DNA of 39,071 nt, from contig JANYJI010000111.1 of the NCBI GenBank assembly GCA_025358525.1, positions 1 through 39,071 of the forward strand, written 5' to 3'. This DNA is from Chloroflexota bacterium. Lineage in GTDB: Bacteria; Chloroflexota; Limnocylindria; Limnocylindrales; CSP1-4. Shown here one piece after another: positions 28,370-37,925 of this stretch. Numbering within the stretch: position 1 is the first letter of the stretch; each line of letters opens with the position of its first letter. The notes beneath the pieces were generated by a model. It had not been told where the DNA came from, made no database searches, and was given only the letters and a program-made list of their open reading frames with translations. The translations under genes were made by a program, and so were the position numbers.

Positions 28370-28831
28370 CTAGTAGGAGAGTCGCAGCAGGGCGTCGCGG
28401 AATGCCCGCAATACCGTCTGGCCCAGCTCCGAGTCGCGCATGGCAAGTATCCGGGCCGGCTCGAAGCGAAACCCCGCGAGCACTACAAGAGGCGCTTGCC
28501 AGGGCACCTCTTCATCTTCGGGCGGCTGCCCGAGGCGCAGACGGAGCTGCTGTCGGCCGTTCTCCTCAAGTATGAGGCCGGAGAGTGTCCCCGAGAGGCC
28601 GGGCCCCAGCCGCAACATCGGCGAGCCCGGCGGGGTGCCGTAGTCCGGGGCCAGGTCGTTGAAGACGCTCAGTCGGCCGTCCTCTTCGCACCACAGAAGC
28701 GCCACCCACCAGCCGTCGGCCAGGACCTGGGGCTGGGAGATACCAACCTGTTTGGAGCCGCCTGGCCGAAGCTGTAACTGGCGCAGGTAGGATGGACCGG
28801 GTGAGGGGAGTCGCCGGTTGGTGTCGGGCAT
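28370..28831 (-). CDS. Hypothetical soluble protein (153 aa)
   Basis: Globular-looking composition; TATTCT-N6-ATG leaderless promoter at 28838-28843. Confidence 0.65.
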   Translation of the reverse strand: MPDTNRRLPSPGPSYLRQLQLRPGGSKQVGISQPQVLADGWWVALLWCEEDGRLSVFNDLAPDYGTPPGSPMLRLGPGLSGTLSGLILEENGRQQLRLRLGQPPEDEEVPWQAPLVVLAGFRFEPARILAMRDSELGQTVLRAFRDALLRLSY

Positions 28832-28878
28832 GATTCGAGAATAGCGGCCAGCGGCGAGGGTCCCAGTCTGGCGAGTGC

Positions 28879-29952
28879 CTAGGTGCGCGGGTTGCGGCGG
28901 CGCGGTTCCGCCGACCCGGGAGTGGCTTCGGGAGTGGCTTCGGGAGGTCGTGCAGCTTCGTTCGAGGCAGGCTGGCGACCGGGGTCCACCTGCCCGGCGG
29001 CGATGTCAGCGTCCAGGCGGGCCATCTCGCCCCGCAGCTCACGGCTCGGCGGCCTCAGCGCGGCTGCGTCACTCGGCGGTGGCGCATCTGTTTCCGAGCT
29101 CACGGCTGTGTCGCTAAAGATCATTTTGAGCAGGCTCGATCGCCTCTTGCCGCCTCGGGACGCCTGGGCGTAGGCACGTAATTCGGGCTGGACCTGCGTC
29201 AGACCGGAGATAGCCATGGAGTCGGCTGCCGGAGCGTTGAGCGAGGCTTTGCAGGTGGGACAGGTCGTGGCTTCGACGGCCACGCTGGCCGAACACCATT
29301 GGCAGATTGTCCCGGCCGCCGCCTTCCTGATTTGCTTGCGTCTACCCGTCCGGGTCCCGGCCGATGGCGGGGGCTCAGGCGGCACGCCGGCCGATGCGAT
29401 CGAGGCCGTCGTCATCGGCTCCAGGACGGGCGTGGTCCAGGCCGTCGATTCTATGGCGGCCCCTGGTGCGGCGTTGGGATCTGAGGGATCGTCGCCAGCC
29501 GGCTCGGCCACGTCGAAGACCCAGGTTTGGAGTGGGCCAAAGCGCTGCCTGGTACCGCCCACACCCTCCGCAGCTTTCTCCAATTGCAGCAGCCGCCCGC
29601 CGACTGCCATGGCAACCGCGCCGACCAGAACCGGGAACCCGAAGGCGCGGCCAAGCTGATCGGGAGCCAGGAAGACGCCGACAGCTGCCATGCCGACCGC
29701 CGTTGCGTATAGATTGCGGTGCGCACTTACGGCGAACATGGCCATGGCCAGCGGAATCGCGGTGACGAGCGCGGCGGCCACGAAGACCCACACAAGGACG
29801 GCGGCCGAAATTCCGTAGACGGTCGTGGTCGGCACCGGCCCCTCGCCCTGGTTCAGGCCGAGGAACTGCGACGCCACCAGGCCTGCCATCGCCCCAACTG
29901 GAAGGGACGCCCAGCCGATAAAGATGGCGATCGCGGCCTGGACTCTGCGCAC
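28879..29952 (-). CDS. Hypothetical membrane protein (4 N-terminal TMs) with a cytoplasmic zinc ribbon
   Basis: TM helices, Pro-rich linker, CQWC..CPTC; GGGAGAG SD before the GTG. Confidence 0.7.
   Translation of the reverse strand: MRRVQAAIAIFIGWASLPVGAMAGLVASQFLGLNQGEGPVPTTTVYGISAAVLVWVFVAAALVTAIPLAMAMFAVSAHRNLYATAVGMAAVGVFLAPDQLGRAFGFPVLVGAVAMAVGGRLLQLEKAAEGVGGTRQRFGPLQTWVFDVAEPAGDDPSDPNAAPGAAIESTAWTTPVLEPMTTASIASAGVPPEPPPSAGTRTGRRKQIRKAAAGTICQWCSASVAVEATTCPTCKASLNAPAADSMAISGLTQVQPELRAYAQASRGGKRRSSLLKMIFSDTAVSSETDAPPPSDAAALRPPSRELRGEMARLDADIAAGQVDPGRQPASNEAARPPEATPEATPGSAEPRRRNPRT
28917..28946. repeat. 12-bp tandem repeat (PEAT units)
   Basis: CGGGAGTGGCTT x2.5. Confidence 0.85.
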
Positions 29953-30027
29953 GCTTCTCTCCCGCTGCTTGGCTATCTGTCCAATCCGTCTGTCCGCACG
30001 GTCCGGCCGGCGCCGCCAAATCCCACG

Positions 30028-30051
30028 AGGTCCAGGCTCCTGCCCTGACCT
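30028..30051 (-). terminator. Possible hairpin just downstream of guaA (no U-tract)
   Basis: AGGTC...GACCT arms with inner GC pairs, 9 nt after the guaA stop. Confidence 0.25.
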
Positions 30052-30060
30052 AGCCGGTCG

Positions 30061-31677
30061 CTACTCCCACTCGATTGTGGCGGGCGGCTTCGAGCTTATG
30101 TCGTACACGACACGGTTCACACCGGGCACTTCGTTCACGATCCGAGCGCTGATCTTCCCAAGGACCTCATACGGGAGCTTGGCCCAGTCGGCGGTCATCG
30201 CGTCCTCTGAGGTGACCGCGCGGATGGCGACGAGGTTGCCGTAGGTTCGTCCGTCGCCCATGACTCCAACCGACCGAATGGGCGTCAGGATCGCAAACGA
30301 TTGCCAGACTTCGTGGTACAGCCCGGCCGCCTTGATCTCATCGAGGACGATCCAGTCTGCCTCGCGGAGGGTATCGAGCCGATCCGCCGTGATCTCGCCG
30401 ATGATTCGGATGGCCAGACCGGGGCCGGGGAAGGGCTGGCGCTGGACCATCGAGTCGGGCAGGCCTAGCTCCGTACCTACGGCCCGGACCTCATCCTTGA
30501 AGAGGTAGCGCAGTGGCTCGATCAGCTGGAAGGTCATGTCGTCCGGCAGGCCACCCACATTGTGGTGGGTCTTGATCTTGCTCGCCGACTTCTCCTTGTC
30601 GGATGTCGCCGATTCGATCACGTCGGGGTAGAGCGTGCCCTGGGTCAGGAAGGCGATTTCGCCGAGCTTTGCCGCCTCCTCCTCGAAGACCCGGATGAAC
30701 TCGTTGCCGATGGCGTGGCGCTTCTGCTCGGGGTCCGTGATGCCGGCCAGCTTGCGCAGGAACCGCTCTCGGGCGTTGACGACGATGACGCGCACGCCGA
30801 GCTGATCGAACGCCACCTGGAGCAGTTCCGTCTCGTTCTTTCGCATCATGCCGTTGTCGACGTGGACGCAGATCAGGCGGTCGCCCACGGCGCGGTGGAC
30901 GAGGGTCGCGGCAACGGCCGAGTCCACGCCGCCGGAGAGGGCGCACAGGACCTTGCCGTCCGTACCCGTGGCGCGGCTGTGGTCATCGACGCGACGGCGA
31001 ATCGCCTCCACGTTGGAGGCGATGAAGTTGGCGGGGGTCCAGGTTTGGCGGGCGCCGGCGATGTCCACAACAAAGTTGCGCAGGATGTCGCGGCCGCGTT
31101 TGGTGTGAACGACTTCGGGGTGGAACTGGATGCCATACATCTTGCGTTCCGTGTGGGCGACGGCGGCGTACGGGGTCGAATCGGTTCGGGCTGTCGGGCG
31201 GAAGCCGTCCGGCAGGCGTTCGATCGAATCGCCGTGGCTCATCCAGACCGACTGCTCGGGCTCGATGCCGGCGAAGAGGCCCTCCTGGTCGGTCACCGAG
31301 ACGACGGCCGGCCCGAACTCCTTGCGCTCGAACGAGACAACCTCGCCGCCGAGCGCCTCGGCCATGAGGTGCAGCCCGTAGCAAATGCCGAGGATCGGGA
31401 TGCCGCCGCTCCACAGCGCGGGATCGGGGTGGGGCGAGCCGTCTTCGTAGACGCTGGCGGGACCACCGGAGAGAATCACTGCCGCCGGCTTGCGGGCGGC
31501 GATCACGCTCCATGGGGTGTCGAACGGGAGCAGCTCGGAGTAGACGTTGAGTTCGCGGACGCGGCGGGCGATCAGCTGGCTGTACTGGCTGCCAAAGTCC
31601 AGGACCACGACCGAGGCCACGTCTGCGATGGCCTCGCCAGGAGGCTTCGTTCTATCCGCCACTTGCCCGTCCCTCAA
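30061..31677 (-). CDS. guaA: GMP synthase (glutamine-hydrolysing)
   Basis: [81 protein letters not shown] motifs; GGAGG SD; TAGACT -10 at 31705-31710. Confidence 0.98.
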   Translation of the reverse strand: MRDGQVADRTKPPGEAIADVASVVVLDFGSQYSQLIARRVRELNVYSELLPFDTPWSVIAARKPAAVILSGGPASVYEDGSPHPDPALWSGGIPILGICYGLHLMAEALGGEVVSFERKEFGPAVVSVTDQEGLFAGIEPEQSVWMSHGDSIERLPDGFRPTARTDSTPYAAVAHTERKMYGIQFHPEVVHTKRGRDILRNFVVDIAGARQTWTPANFIASNVEAIRRRVDDHSRATGTDGKVLCALSGGVDSAVAATLVHRAVGDRLICVHVDNGMMRKNETELLQVAFDQLGVRVIVVNARERFLRKLAGITDPEQKRHAIGNEFIRVFEEEAAKLGEIAFLTQGTLYPDVIESATSDKEKSASKIKTHHNVGGLPDDMTFQLIEPLRYLFKDEVRAVGTELGLPDSMVQRQPFPGPGLAIRIIGEITADRLDTLREADWIVLDEIKAAGLYHEVWQSFAILTPIRSVGVMGDGRTYGNLVAIRAVTSEDAMTADWAKLPYEVLGKISARIVNEVPGVNRVVYDISSKPPATIEWE

Positions 31678-31806
31678 TCTCCGCCTCCGCTTCAGTTGCC
31701 GCTAAGTCTAGCGGTCGAAGGGGCGCTCATACCTCAACGAGAGGGGACCGGCGCGCCTGGCGAGGGTCAGCCTCGCGCCGCCTGCTCATCGACGCCCCGG
31801 GAAGCG

Positions 31807-32619
31807 CTAAGTGCCCTGGCTGGGGCCGCGGCTGGCGGCGGGCGCAGTCTGTGGTCCTCCCGGGATCGAGGCTGAGCGTGGCCGGGCGGATGGATCGCTA
31901 GCTGCGCGCGGTCTGACCCTCATGGAGCCGCCTGGACGTCGCTTAGCGCTTCCCCGGGCGTCATTGAGGAGGAACCAGATGCCGCGCATGTCCCGATCCG
32001 ACGTCTTGAGCCAGCCGAGAACATTGGCGGTCCGCTCGGGAAGCGCGGCCGTGAAGACCGAATCGAAGCGATCCACCGCGTTTCGCGCCCATGTTTCCGC
32101 CGGCACCACCAGTACGCTCCCGACCACTAGCGGCCTCCAGTCCTCCGCACGGGCGATGCTCGGTGCCAGGCGGCGCTTCTTGTCCATGGTCGCAAGTAGA
32201 TCCTGCAGGTCGGCCAGCTTGGTCTTGACCTCGACACAGAGGAGGGCACGGGTGGCGGGCTGCCAGGCGAGCACGTCTACGGAGCCGCGTTCCCCCCAGA
32301 CGTTGAATGTGTGCTCGGGAAAGGCTTGCCAGCCAAGGCCGGTCAGCCTCGTAACAACTGCCCGAACCAGTCGGGCGTGCCTCTCATCGAGGAGTGTTGC
32401 CGCCTCGGCTCCGCGCCACCGGGCCTCGAGTTCAAGCGTGATGCCAAGCGCGGTCGACACGCGCCGGACGAGGCGCATCGAGGTGTGTTCCAGCAGGCCG
32501 CGTTCGATGCTCGACACAACCGCCCGGCTGATGCCTGCCGCCTCCGCAACTTGCCTTTGGCTCATGCCGCGCCTGATTCGGACCGCTCGAAAGACCGACC
32601 CGACTTTCGCGTCATCCAT
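31807..32619 (-). CDS. XRE-family HTH fused to a PD-(D/E)XK restriction-endonuclease-like domain
   Basis: R.RRGMSQRQVA.AAGISR..VS.IERG HTH; C-terminal E..F...GERGSVDVL...LCVEVKT with a D...EVK nuclease motif. Confidence 0.8.
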   Translation of the reverse strand: MDDAKVGSVFRAVRIRRGMSQRQVAEAAGISRAVVSSIERGLLEHTSMRLVRRVSTALGITLELEARWRGAEAATLLDERHARLVRAVVTRLTGLGWQAFPEHTFNVWGERGSVDVLAWQPATRALLCVEVKTKLADLQDLLATMDKKRRLAPSIARAEDWRPLVVGSVLVVPAETWARNAVDRFDSVFTAALPERTANVLGWLKTSDRDMRGIWFLLNDARGSAKRRPGGSMRVRPRAASDPSARPRSASIPGGPQTAPAASRGPSQGT

Positions 32620-32622
32620 GTC

Positions 32623-32667
32623 GCGACCTTACCGGCGGTCGCTCATCGCAGGCTTACTTTGCGATGA
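32623..32667 (-). promoter_or_regulatory. Leaderless promoter (TAAGGT-N6-ATG) with two inverted repeats; candidate autoregulatory operator
   Basis: -10 at 32626-32631; GCGACC-N8-GGTCGC (32623-32642) and TCATCGCA-N9-TGCGATGA (32643-32667). Confidence 0.55.
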
Positions 32668-32736
32668 ACGCCGATTGCATGGAGTGTCCCACGGTGAGGT
32701 TGCTGAGGTTCTGCGCGGAGCCCGATGACTGGGCCA

Positions 32737-35700
32737 CTAGTCGTCCAGGTTGGGGGCGAGCCAGCGCGCAGCTTCGTCCACGGACCAGCCCTTGCGCCGT
32801 GCGTAGTCCTCCAGTTGGTCGCGGCCGATGCGGCCGACGCCGAAGTAGTGCGCCTCGGGGCGCCAGAAGTAGAAACCGGAGACAGACGCCGACGGCAGCA
32901 TCGCGAACGAGTCGGTCAGGCTGATCCCGGTCCGCGCCTCGGCCTCGAGCAGCGCGAATAGGGTCGCCTTCTCGGAATGTTCCGGGCAGGCCGGGTAGCC
33001 GGGGGCAGGTCGAATGCCTTGATACTCCTCGTGGATCAGCGCGGCGTTGTCCAACGCCTCGTCCGGCGCGTAACCCCACAGCTCACGGCGGACCCGCTCG
33101 TGGAGTCGCTCGGCGAAGGCCTCGGCGAGGCGATCGGCCAGGGCCTTGACCATGATGGCGCTGTAGTCGTCGTTGGCGGCCTCGAACTGAGCGACCAGCT
33201 CGGCCGAGCCGGCGCCAGCGGTCACGGCGAAGCCGCCGAGATAGTCCGGTGTGCCGGCGACGCGCGGCGCCACGAAATCGGCCAGCGCCTCGTTGGGGCG
33301 GCCGGGCTGCTTCTCCATCTGCTGGCGAAGCGTGTGGACGACCGCGAGCGTGGCGGCACGGGCGTCTGGTTCCTGACCGGCTCCCGGCCCCCCGTCGGCA
33401 CGCGAGGCTCCCGGCTCCCCGTCGGCACGCGAGGCTCCCGGCCCCCCGTCGGCGTACAGCTCGATGTCGTCGCCGACCGAGTTTGCCCGCCAGAAGCCCA
33501 CGACGCCTCGCGCCCGCAAGAGCCGCTCCGAGACGATGCGGTCGAGCAACCGGCGGGCGTCCTTGTACAGCGGACGCGCCGACTGACCCAAGACGGGTGA
33601 ATCGAGGATTGCCGGATATGTGCCCTTCAGTTCCCAGGCGTTGAAGAATGGGGTCCAGTCGATCCGCCCCGCCAACTCCTCGAGGGGGTAGTCGTCGAAG
33701 GTCCGAACGCCCAGGAAGCTCGGCCGGGGAGCGGGCACCGACAGGTCCACCGGCGTCCGATTAGCCCGCGCGGCCTCGATGGAGACACGGGTGATGCGTT
33801 CCTGGCGTCCGGCGCGCTCAGTCCGAGTCTGCTCCTGGTCCGCTTGGACTCCAGCGGCATACGCCGCCGCGCCGTCACCGAGCAGCTTCGAAACAACGCC
33901 CACCGCCCGCGACGCATCTGCCACGTGCACGACCGGCGCGGAGTAGCGAGGCGCGATCTTGACCGCGGTGTGGGCACGTGACGTTGTGGCACCGCCGATC
34001 AGCAGCGGCAGGCGCAACCCCTCCCGTTCCATCTCTGCGGCGACGTGGGCCATCTCTTCGAGCGACGGCGTGATCAGGCCCGACAGCCCGACCACGTCCA
34101 CGTTTTGGGCGCGGGCTTCTTCCAGGATGCGGGCGGCCGGAACCATCACCCCCAGGTCGACGACTTCGTAGTTGTTGCACTGCAGGACCACACCCACGAT
34201 GTTCTTGCCGATGTCGTGGACGTCCCCCTTGACCGTGGCCATGAGGATCTTGCCGCGCGCCCGGGTGTCGCCGGCCGCCGCCTTCTCCGCCTCGAGATAC
34301 GGCACGAGGTGCGCGACCGCCTTCTTCATGACGCGGGCGCTCTTGACGACCTGCGGCAGGAACATCTTGCCGGCCGCGAACAGGTCTCCGACGGCGTTCA
34401 TGCCGGCCATCAGCGGGCCCTCGATGACATCGATTGTGCGGGCGGCCGCGAGGCGTGCCTCCTCGGTGTCCACGACCACCCAGCTATCGATGCCCTCTAC
34501 CAGGGCGTGCCGCAGGCGATCGATGACCGGCCATTCACGCCAGGCCAGGTCTGCTTCCGCTCGCGCTGAGCCCGAGCCGGCGTACTTCGGGGCGATCTCG
34601 AGGAGCCGATCGGTCGCGTCCGGGCGGCGGTTCAGGACGACATCCTCAACGCGTTCCAGCAGGTCGGCGGGGACCTCCGAGTACACGGCCAGCTGGCCGG
34701 GGTTGACGATGCCCATGTCCATGCCGGCGGCAACGGCGTAGTAGAGGAAGACGGCGTGCACCGCCTCGCGCAACGTGTCGTTACCGCGAAATGCGAAAGA
34801 GACATTCGAGACGCCGCCCGAGATTCGAACGCCGGGCAGCTCGGCCTTGATCCGCCTGACGGCCTCGATGTAGGCGACGGCGTAGCCAGCGTGCTCCTCG
34901 ATGCCGGTCCCAATGGCAAAGACGTTGGGGTCGAAGACGATCTCGTCCGACGGAAACCCGACCTGCTCGGTCAGCAGCCCGTAGGCGCGCCGGCAGATCT
35001 CGACCTTCCGTTCGACCGTGTCGGCCTGGCCCTTTTCGTCGAATGCCATGACGATGACCGCCGCGCCGTAGCGGCGAGCCAGCCGCGCCTGGCGCAGGAA
35101 CTGCTCCTCGCCCTCTTTGAGTGAGATCGAGTTCACGATCGGCTTGCCGCCGACGCAGCGCAGCCCGGCCTCGATCACGGACCACTTCGACGAGTCGACG
35201 ACGATGGGCACGCGGGAAATCGCCGGCTCTGAGGCGACGAGATTGAGGAAGCGCGTCATCGCGGCTTCCGAATCGAGCATGGCCTCGTCCATGTTGATGT
35301 CGATCGCCTGGGCGCCGCCGTCCACCTGGCGACGGGCAATGTCGAGGGCACTGTCATAGTCGCCATCGACGATGCGGCGGGCGAAGGCCCGCGACCCCGA
35401 CACGTTCGTCCGCTCGCCGATGTTGAGGAAGAGGCTCCCCTCGCCGACGTTCAGGGCCTCGAGGCCGGCAAGACGCAGGGCCGGCGGCCGTTCCGGCACG
35501 CTGCGCGGCGCCAGGCCGCGGGCCGCCTCAGCAAATGCGGCCACGTGCGCCGGGCCCGTTCCGCAGCAGCCGCCGACGATATTGACGATGCCGGCCTCGG
35601 CGAAGTCGCGAATAACCGCGGCCATAACCTCGGGCGATTCGTCGTATCCGCCGAACTCGTTGGGCAGGCCGGCGTTGGGGTGCGCGGCCACGAACGTGTC

Positions 35701-36462
35701 CGCCAGACCGGAGAGTTCCTCTACATGGCCGCGCAGCTGCCGTGCCCCCAGCGCGCAGTTGAGGCCCACGATTAGTGGCTGGGCGTGGCGGATGGCGTTC
35801 CAGAACGCCTCGACTGTGTGGCCCGAGAGCGTCCGACCGCTGGCGTCGGTAATCGTGCCGGAGATCCAGAGCGGGAGGCGGACGCCCAGCTCATCGAAGA
35901 CGCCCTCAATCCCGAAGATGGCTGCCTTGGCGTTCAGGACATCGAAGACGGTCTCGACCATGATCAGGTCCGCGCCGCCGGTGATCAGTCCGCGGGCGGC
36001 CTCCGCATACGCCTCTGCCAGCTCTACAAATGTTACCGAGCGGGTGGCCGGGTCGGCCACGTCCGGTGAGATGGAGGCGGTCTTGTTCGTCGGCCCAATC
36101 GAGCCGGCGACGAAGCGGGGCCGGCCTGGCTCGCGCGCCTCGGCGGCGTCCGCCGCTGCCCGAGCGATTCGGGCCGCCTCGACGTGGATCTCGTAGGCGA
36201 CGCCCTGCAGCCCGTAGTCGGCCTGGGCGATGCGCGTGGCCGTGAACGTGTCGGTCGAGATGATGTCGGCGCCGGCCGCCAGATACGCGTCGTGCACAGC
36301 CCGCACAACATCAGGCCGGGTCAGGCAGAGCAGGTCGTTGTCGCCCCGGAGATCGCGGGGGTGATCGCGGAACCGTGGGCCGCGGAAGTCGGCCTCGGAC
36401 AGGCCGTAACGCTGGATAAGCGTTCCGGTGGCGCCGTCGAGCACCAGGATTCGCTCGCGCAA
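32737..36462 (-). CDS. metH: Cobalamin-dependent methionine synthase (full-length; true start probably upstream, at ACG 36618)
   Basis: [23 protein letters not shown] (Hcy/Zn); IGERTNV.GS (folate); [33 protein letters not shown] (B12); [13 protein letters not shown] (activation domain). Confidence 0.97.
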   Translation of the reverse strand: MRERILVLDGATGTLIQRYGLSEADFRGPRFRDHPRDLRGDNDLLCLTRPDVVRAVHDAYLAAGADIISTDTFTATRIAQADYGLQGVAYEIHVEAARIARAAADAAEAREPGRPRFVAGSIGPTNKTASISPDVADPATRSVTFVELAEAYAEAARGLITGGADLIMVETVFDVLNAKAAIFGIEGVFDELGVRLPLWISGTITDASGRTLSGHTVEAFWNAIRHAQPLIVGLNCALGARQLRGHVEELSGLADTFVAAHPNAGLPNEFGGYDESPEVMAAVIRDFAEAGIVNIVGGCCGTGPAHVAAFAEAARGLAPRSVPERPPALRLAGLEALNVGEGSLFLNIGERTNVSGSRAFARRIVDGDYDSALDIARRQVDGGAQAIDINMDEAMLDSEAAMTRFLNLVASEPAISRVPIVVDSSKWSVIEAGLRCVGGKPIVNSISLKEGEEQFLRQARLARRYGAAVIVMAFDEKGQADTVERKVEICRRAYGLLTEQVGFPSDEIVFDPNVFAIGTGIEEHAGYAVAYIEAVRRIKAELPGVRISGGVSNVSFAFRGNDTLREAVHAVFLYYAVAAGMDMGIVNPGQLAVYSEVPADLLERVEDVVLNRRPDATDRLLEIAPKYAGSGSARAEADLAWREWPVIDRLRHALVEGIDSWVVVDTEEARLAAARTIDVIEGPLMAGMNAVGDLFAAGKMFLPQVVKSARVMKKAVAHLVPYLEAEKAAAGDTRARGKILMATVKGDVHDIGKNIVGVVLQCNNYEVVDLGVMVPAARILEEARAQNVDVVGLSGLITPSLEEMAHVAAEMEREGLRLPLLIGGATTSRAHTAVKIAPRYSAPVVHVADASRAVGVVSKLLGDGAAAYAAGVQADQEQTRTERAGRQERITRVSIEAARANRTPVDLSVPAPRPSFLGVRTFDDYPLEELAGRIDWTPFFNAWELKGTYPAILDSPVLGQSARPLYKDARRLLDRIVSERLLRARGVVGFWRANSVGDDIELYADGGPGASRADGEPGASRADGGPGAGQEPDARAATLAVVHTLRQQMEKQPGRPNEALADFVAPRVAGTPDYLGGFAVTAGAGSAELVAQFEAANDDYSAIMVKALADRLAEAFAERLHERVRRELWGYAPDEALDNAALIHEEYQGIRPAPGYPACPEHSEKATLFALLEAEARTGISLTDSFAMLPSASVSGFYFWRPEAHYFGVGRIGRDQLEDYARRKGWSVDEAARWLAPNLDD
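33379..33453. repeat. 27-bp tandem repeat x2.8 inside the metH activation domain (ADGGPGASR units)
   Basis: GGCTCCCGGC(C/T)CCCCGTCGGCACGCGA repeated. Confidence 0.9.
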
Positions 36463-36618
36463 CAGCGGCCGGAGCAGGAGCAGGCGTTCCTCACGTGTTC
36501 TGGCGCCGGACGTCGCGCCGGCTACTGACGTCGAAGCGCCAGCGGGCGTCTGTGCGCCAACCGGCGGTTCAGTGGTATTGGTCGCCGGTGAGCGCGGGGA
36601 AACGTGAGTGTCGGTCGT

Positions 36619-36731
36619 CCTGCCTCCTTCTGGGGTTCAGTTTAGCCGCCACATCGAACTGCGCCGAGAGATCCGCCCGGGCGCCGTCCTCAGGTCCCGA
36701 TTTGAGCGCCGCGCAGGCGGCTCACTGGGGC
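36619..36731 (-). ncRNA. Candidate structured 5' leader (riboswitch-like) of metH
   Basis: GACAAT -10 at 36735-36740; stems CCC/GGG with TGAGC/GCTCA, and CAGTT/AACTG just before a perfect AAGGAGG SD; no confident match to a named riboswitch from memory. Confidence 0.4.
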
Positions 36732-36742
36732 ATCATTGTCCT

Positions 36743-37858
36743 ATGAGCGAATCAGGTCAGTCAGGCGCACTGAACAACTCGGGCCAGCCCGCTCCTCAAG
36801 CGGGTCCGTCCGACCAGCCGGACGGCGCCCCCGATCCGGTGTACGACTGCGCCATCGTCGGAGGCGGCCCGGCAGGACTTTCTGCGGCCGTCAACCTGGC
36901 GCGCATGCGCCGCTCCGTCCTCGTCATCGACGATCGCGACGGCCGCTCGCTCTGGAGCCAGATCAACCGCAACTACCTCGGCTTCCCGGATGGCATTCCG
37001 GCCACCGAGATAAGGCTCCTGGGCCGGCGTCAAGCGGCCACATACGGGGCCGGTTTCCTGCTCGGCCGGGTCACTGCCGCTACTAGCGATGGCGGCCTGT
37101 TTCGGCTCCTCGTGGAGGGGAACGTGGGCGGTGGCGCCGGGACCGACGCCAACGTGACGCGCGATGAAGAGCTGGGCCGATCCCTGGGGGAGCTCCAGGC
37201 CGGCTCCCCGCAGGCGGTCATCGCCCGCACCGTCATCCTGGCGACGGGAGTCCGCGACCCCTTCCCCGAGTTCCCAGGTCGAGACGAGTGCGTCGGCCGC
37301 AGCCTCTTCTGGTGCATCGCCTGCGACGGCTACGAGGCGATCGACTGCTCAGTCGGCGTGGTGGGGCACACCGAGGAGGCAGTGGAGATGGCCCTCGACA
37401 TGCTCCAGTTCACCGGCCAGGTCACCATTACGGCGGGTCGATCTGAGGGCTTCAGCGTCCCCGAATCGCGGCTGGCCGAGTTGGCCGCGAACGGCATCGC
37501 CGCCTATCGCTGGCCTGTTGCCTCGTACCCGAACGAAAACGGCCAGATCCAGGCACTCGTACTGGGCGATCCGAAAAGGACCAGGATCCCGGTCGAGATG
37601 GTCTTCACCGCCCACACCCCGACCGCACGAAATGAGATTGCCAGACAGCTTGGGGTGGCCTTGAACGCGCTGGGGCAGATCGTTGTGGACTCCGACCAGC
37701 ACACCGGCGTGCCCGGGGTTTACGCCGCCGGCGATGCCACCAGCGTCCACGATCATCAGGTCAGCGCCGCGGTCCATGAGGGCAACCAGGCCGCCTGCGC
37801 CGCCAACTACCGTCTCTATCGGCCCGTCCAGAGGGCGCCCGGCACGGAGGAGTGCTAG
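36743..37858 (+). CDS. Thioredoxin-reductase-like FAD-dependent disulfide oxidoreductase
   Basis: AIVGGGPAGLSAA, NYLGFP.GI, ILATG, CIACDGYE (CXXC), T.VPGVYAAGD motifs; start set to ATG 36743 (CATCAT-N6-ATG). Confidence 0.88.
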   Translation: MSESGQSGALNNSGQPAPQAGPSDQPDGAPDPVYDCAIVGGGPAGLSAAVNLARMRRSVLVIDDRDGRSLWSQINRNYLGFPDGIPATEIRLLGRRQAATYGAGFLLGRVTAATSDGGLFRLLVEGNVGGGAGTDANVTRDEELGRSLGELQAGSPQAVIARTVILATGVRDPFPEFPGRDECVGRSLFWCIACDGYEAIDCSVGVVGHTEEAVEMALDMLQFTGQVTITAGRSEGFSVPESRLAELAANGIAAYRWPVASYPNENGQIQALVLGDPKRTRIPVEMVFTAHTPTARNEIARQLGVALNALGQIVVDSDQHTGVPGVYAAGDATSVHDHQVSAAVHEGNQAACAANYRLYRPVQRAPGTEEC

Positions 37859-37925
37859 GTCGCCCTAGTCGGCGGTAGTCGATCGTGGTCAACCGGCGCG
37901 ATGCAAGTCAGCCGACCTGGGCCGA

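Noticed and set aside
29953-30061. Genomic island integrated at the guaA 3' end (a known hotspot)
   Set aside because: No integrase, no duplicated guaA 3' end (att site) and no visible compositional shift downstream
30562-31875. Long plus-strand ORFs antisense to real genes (e.g. 30562-31875, 14707-15765, 10712-11575, 20118-20975, 31811-32728)
   Set aside because: Shadow ORFs expected in high-GC DNA; they mirror well-supported minus-strand genes and have no motifs of their own
36696-36724. Canonical SAH or SAM-II riboswitch call for the metH leader
   Set aside because: Only fragmentary resemblance, partly on the wrong strand; kept as an unassigned candidate
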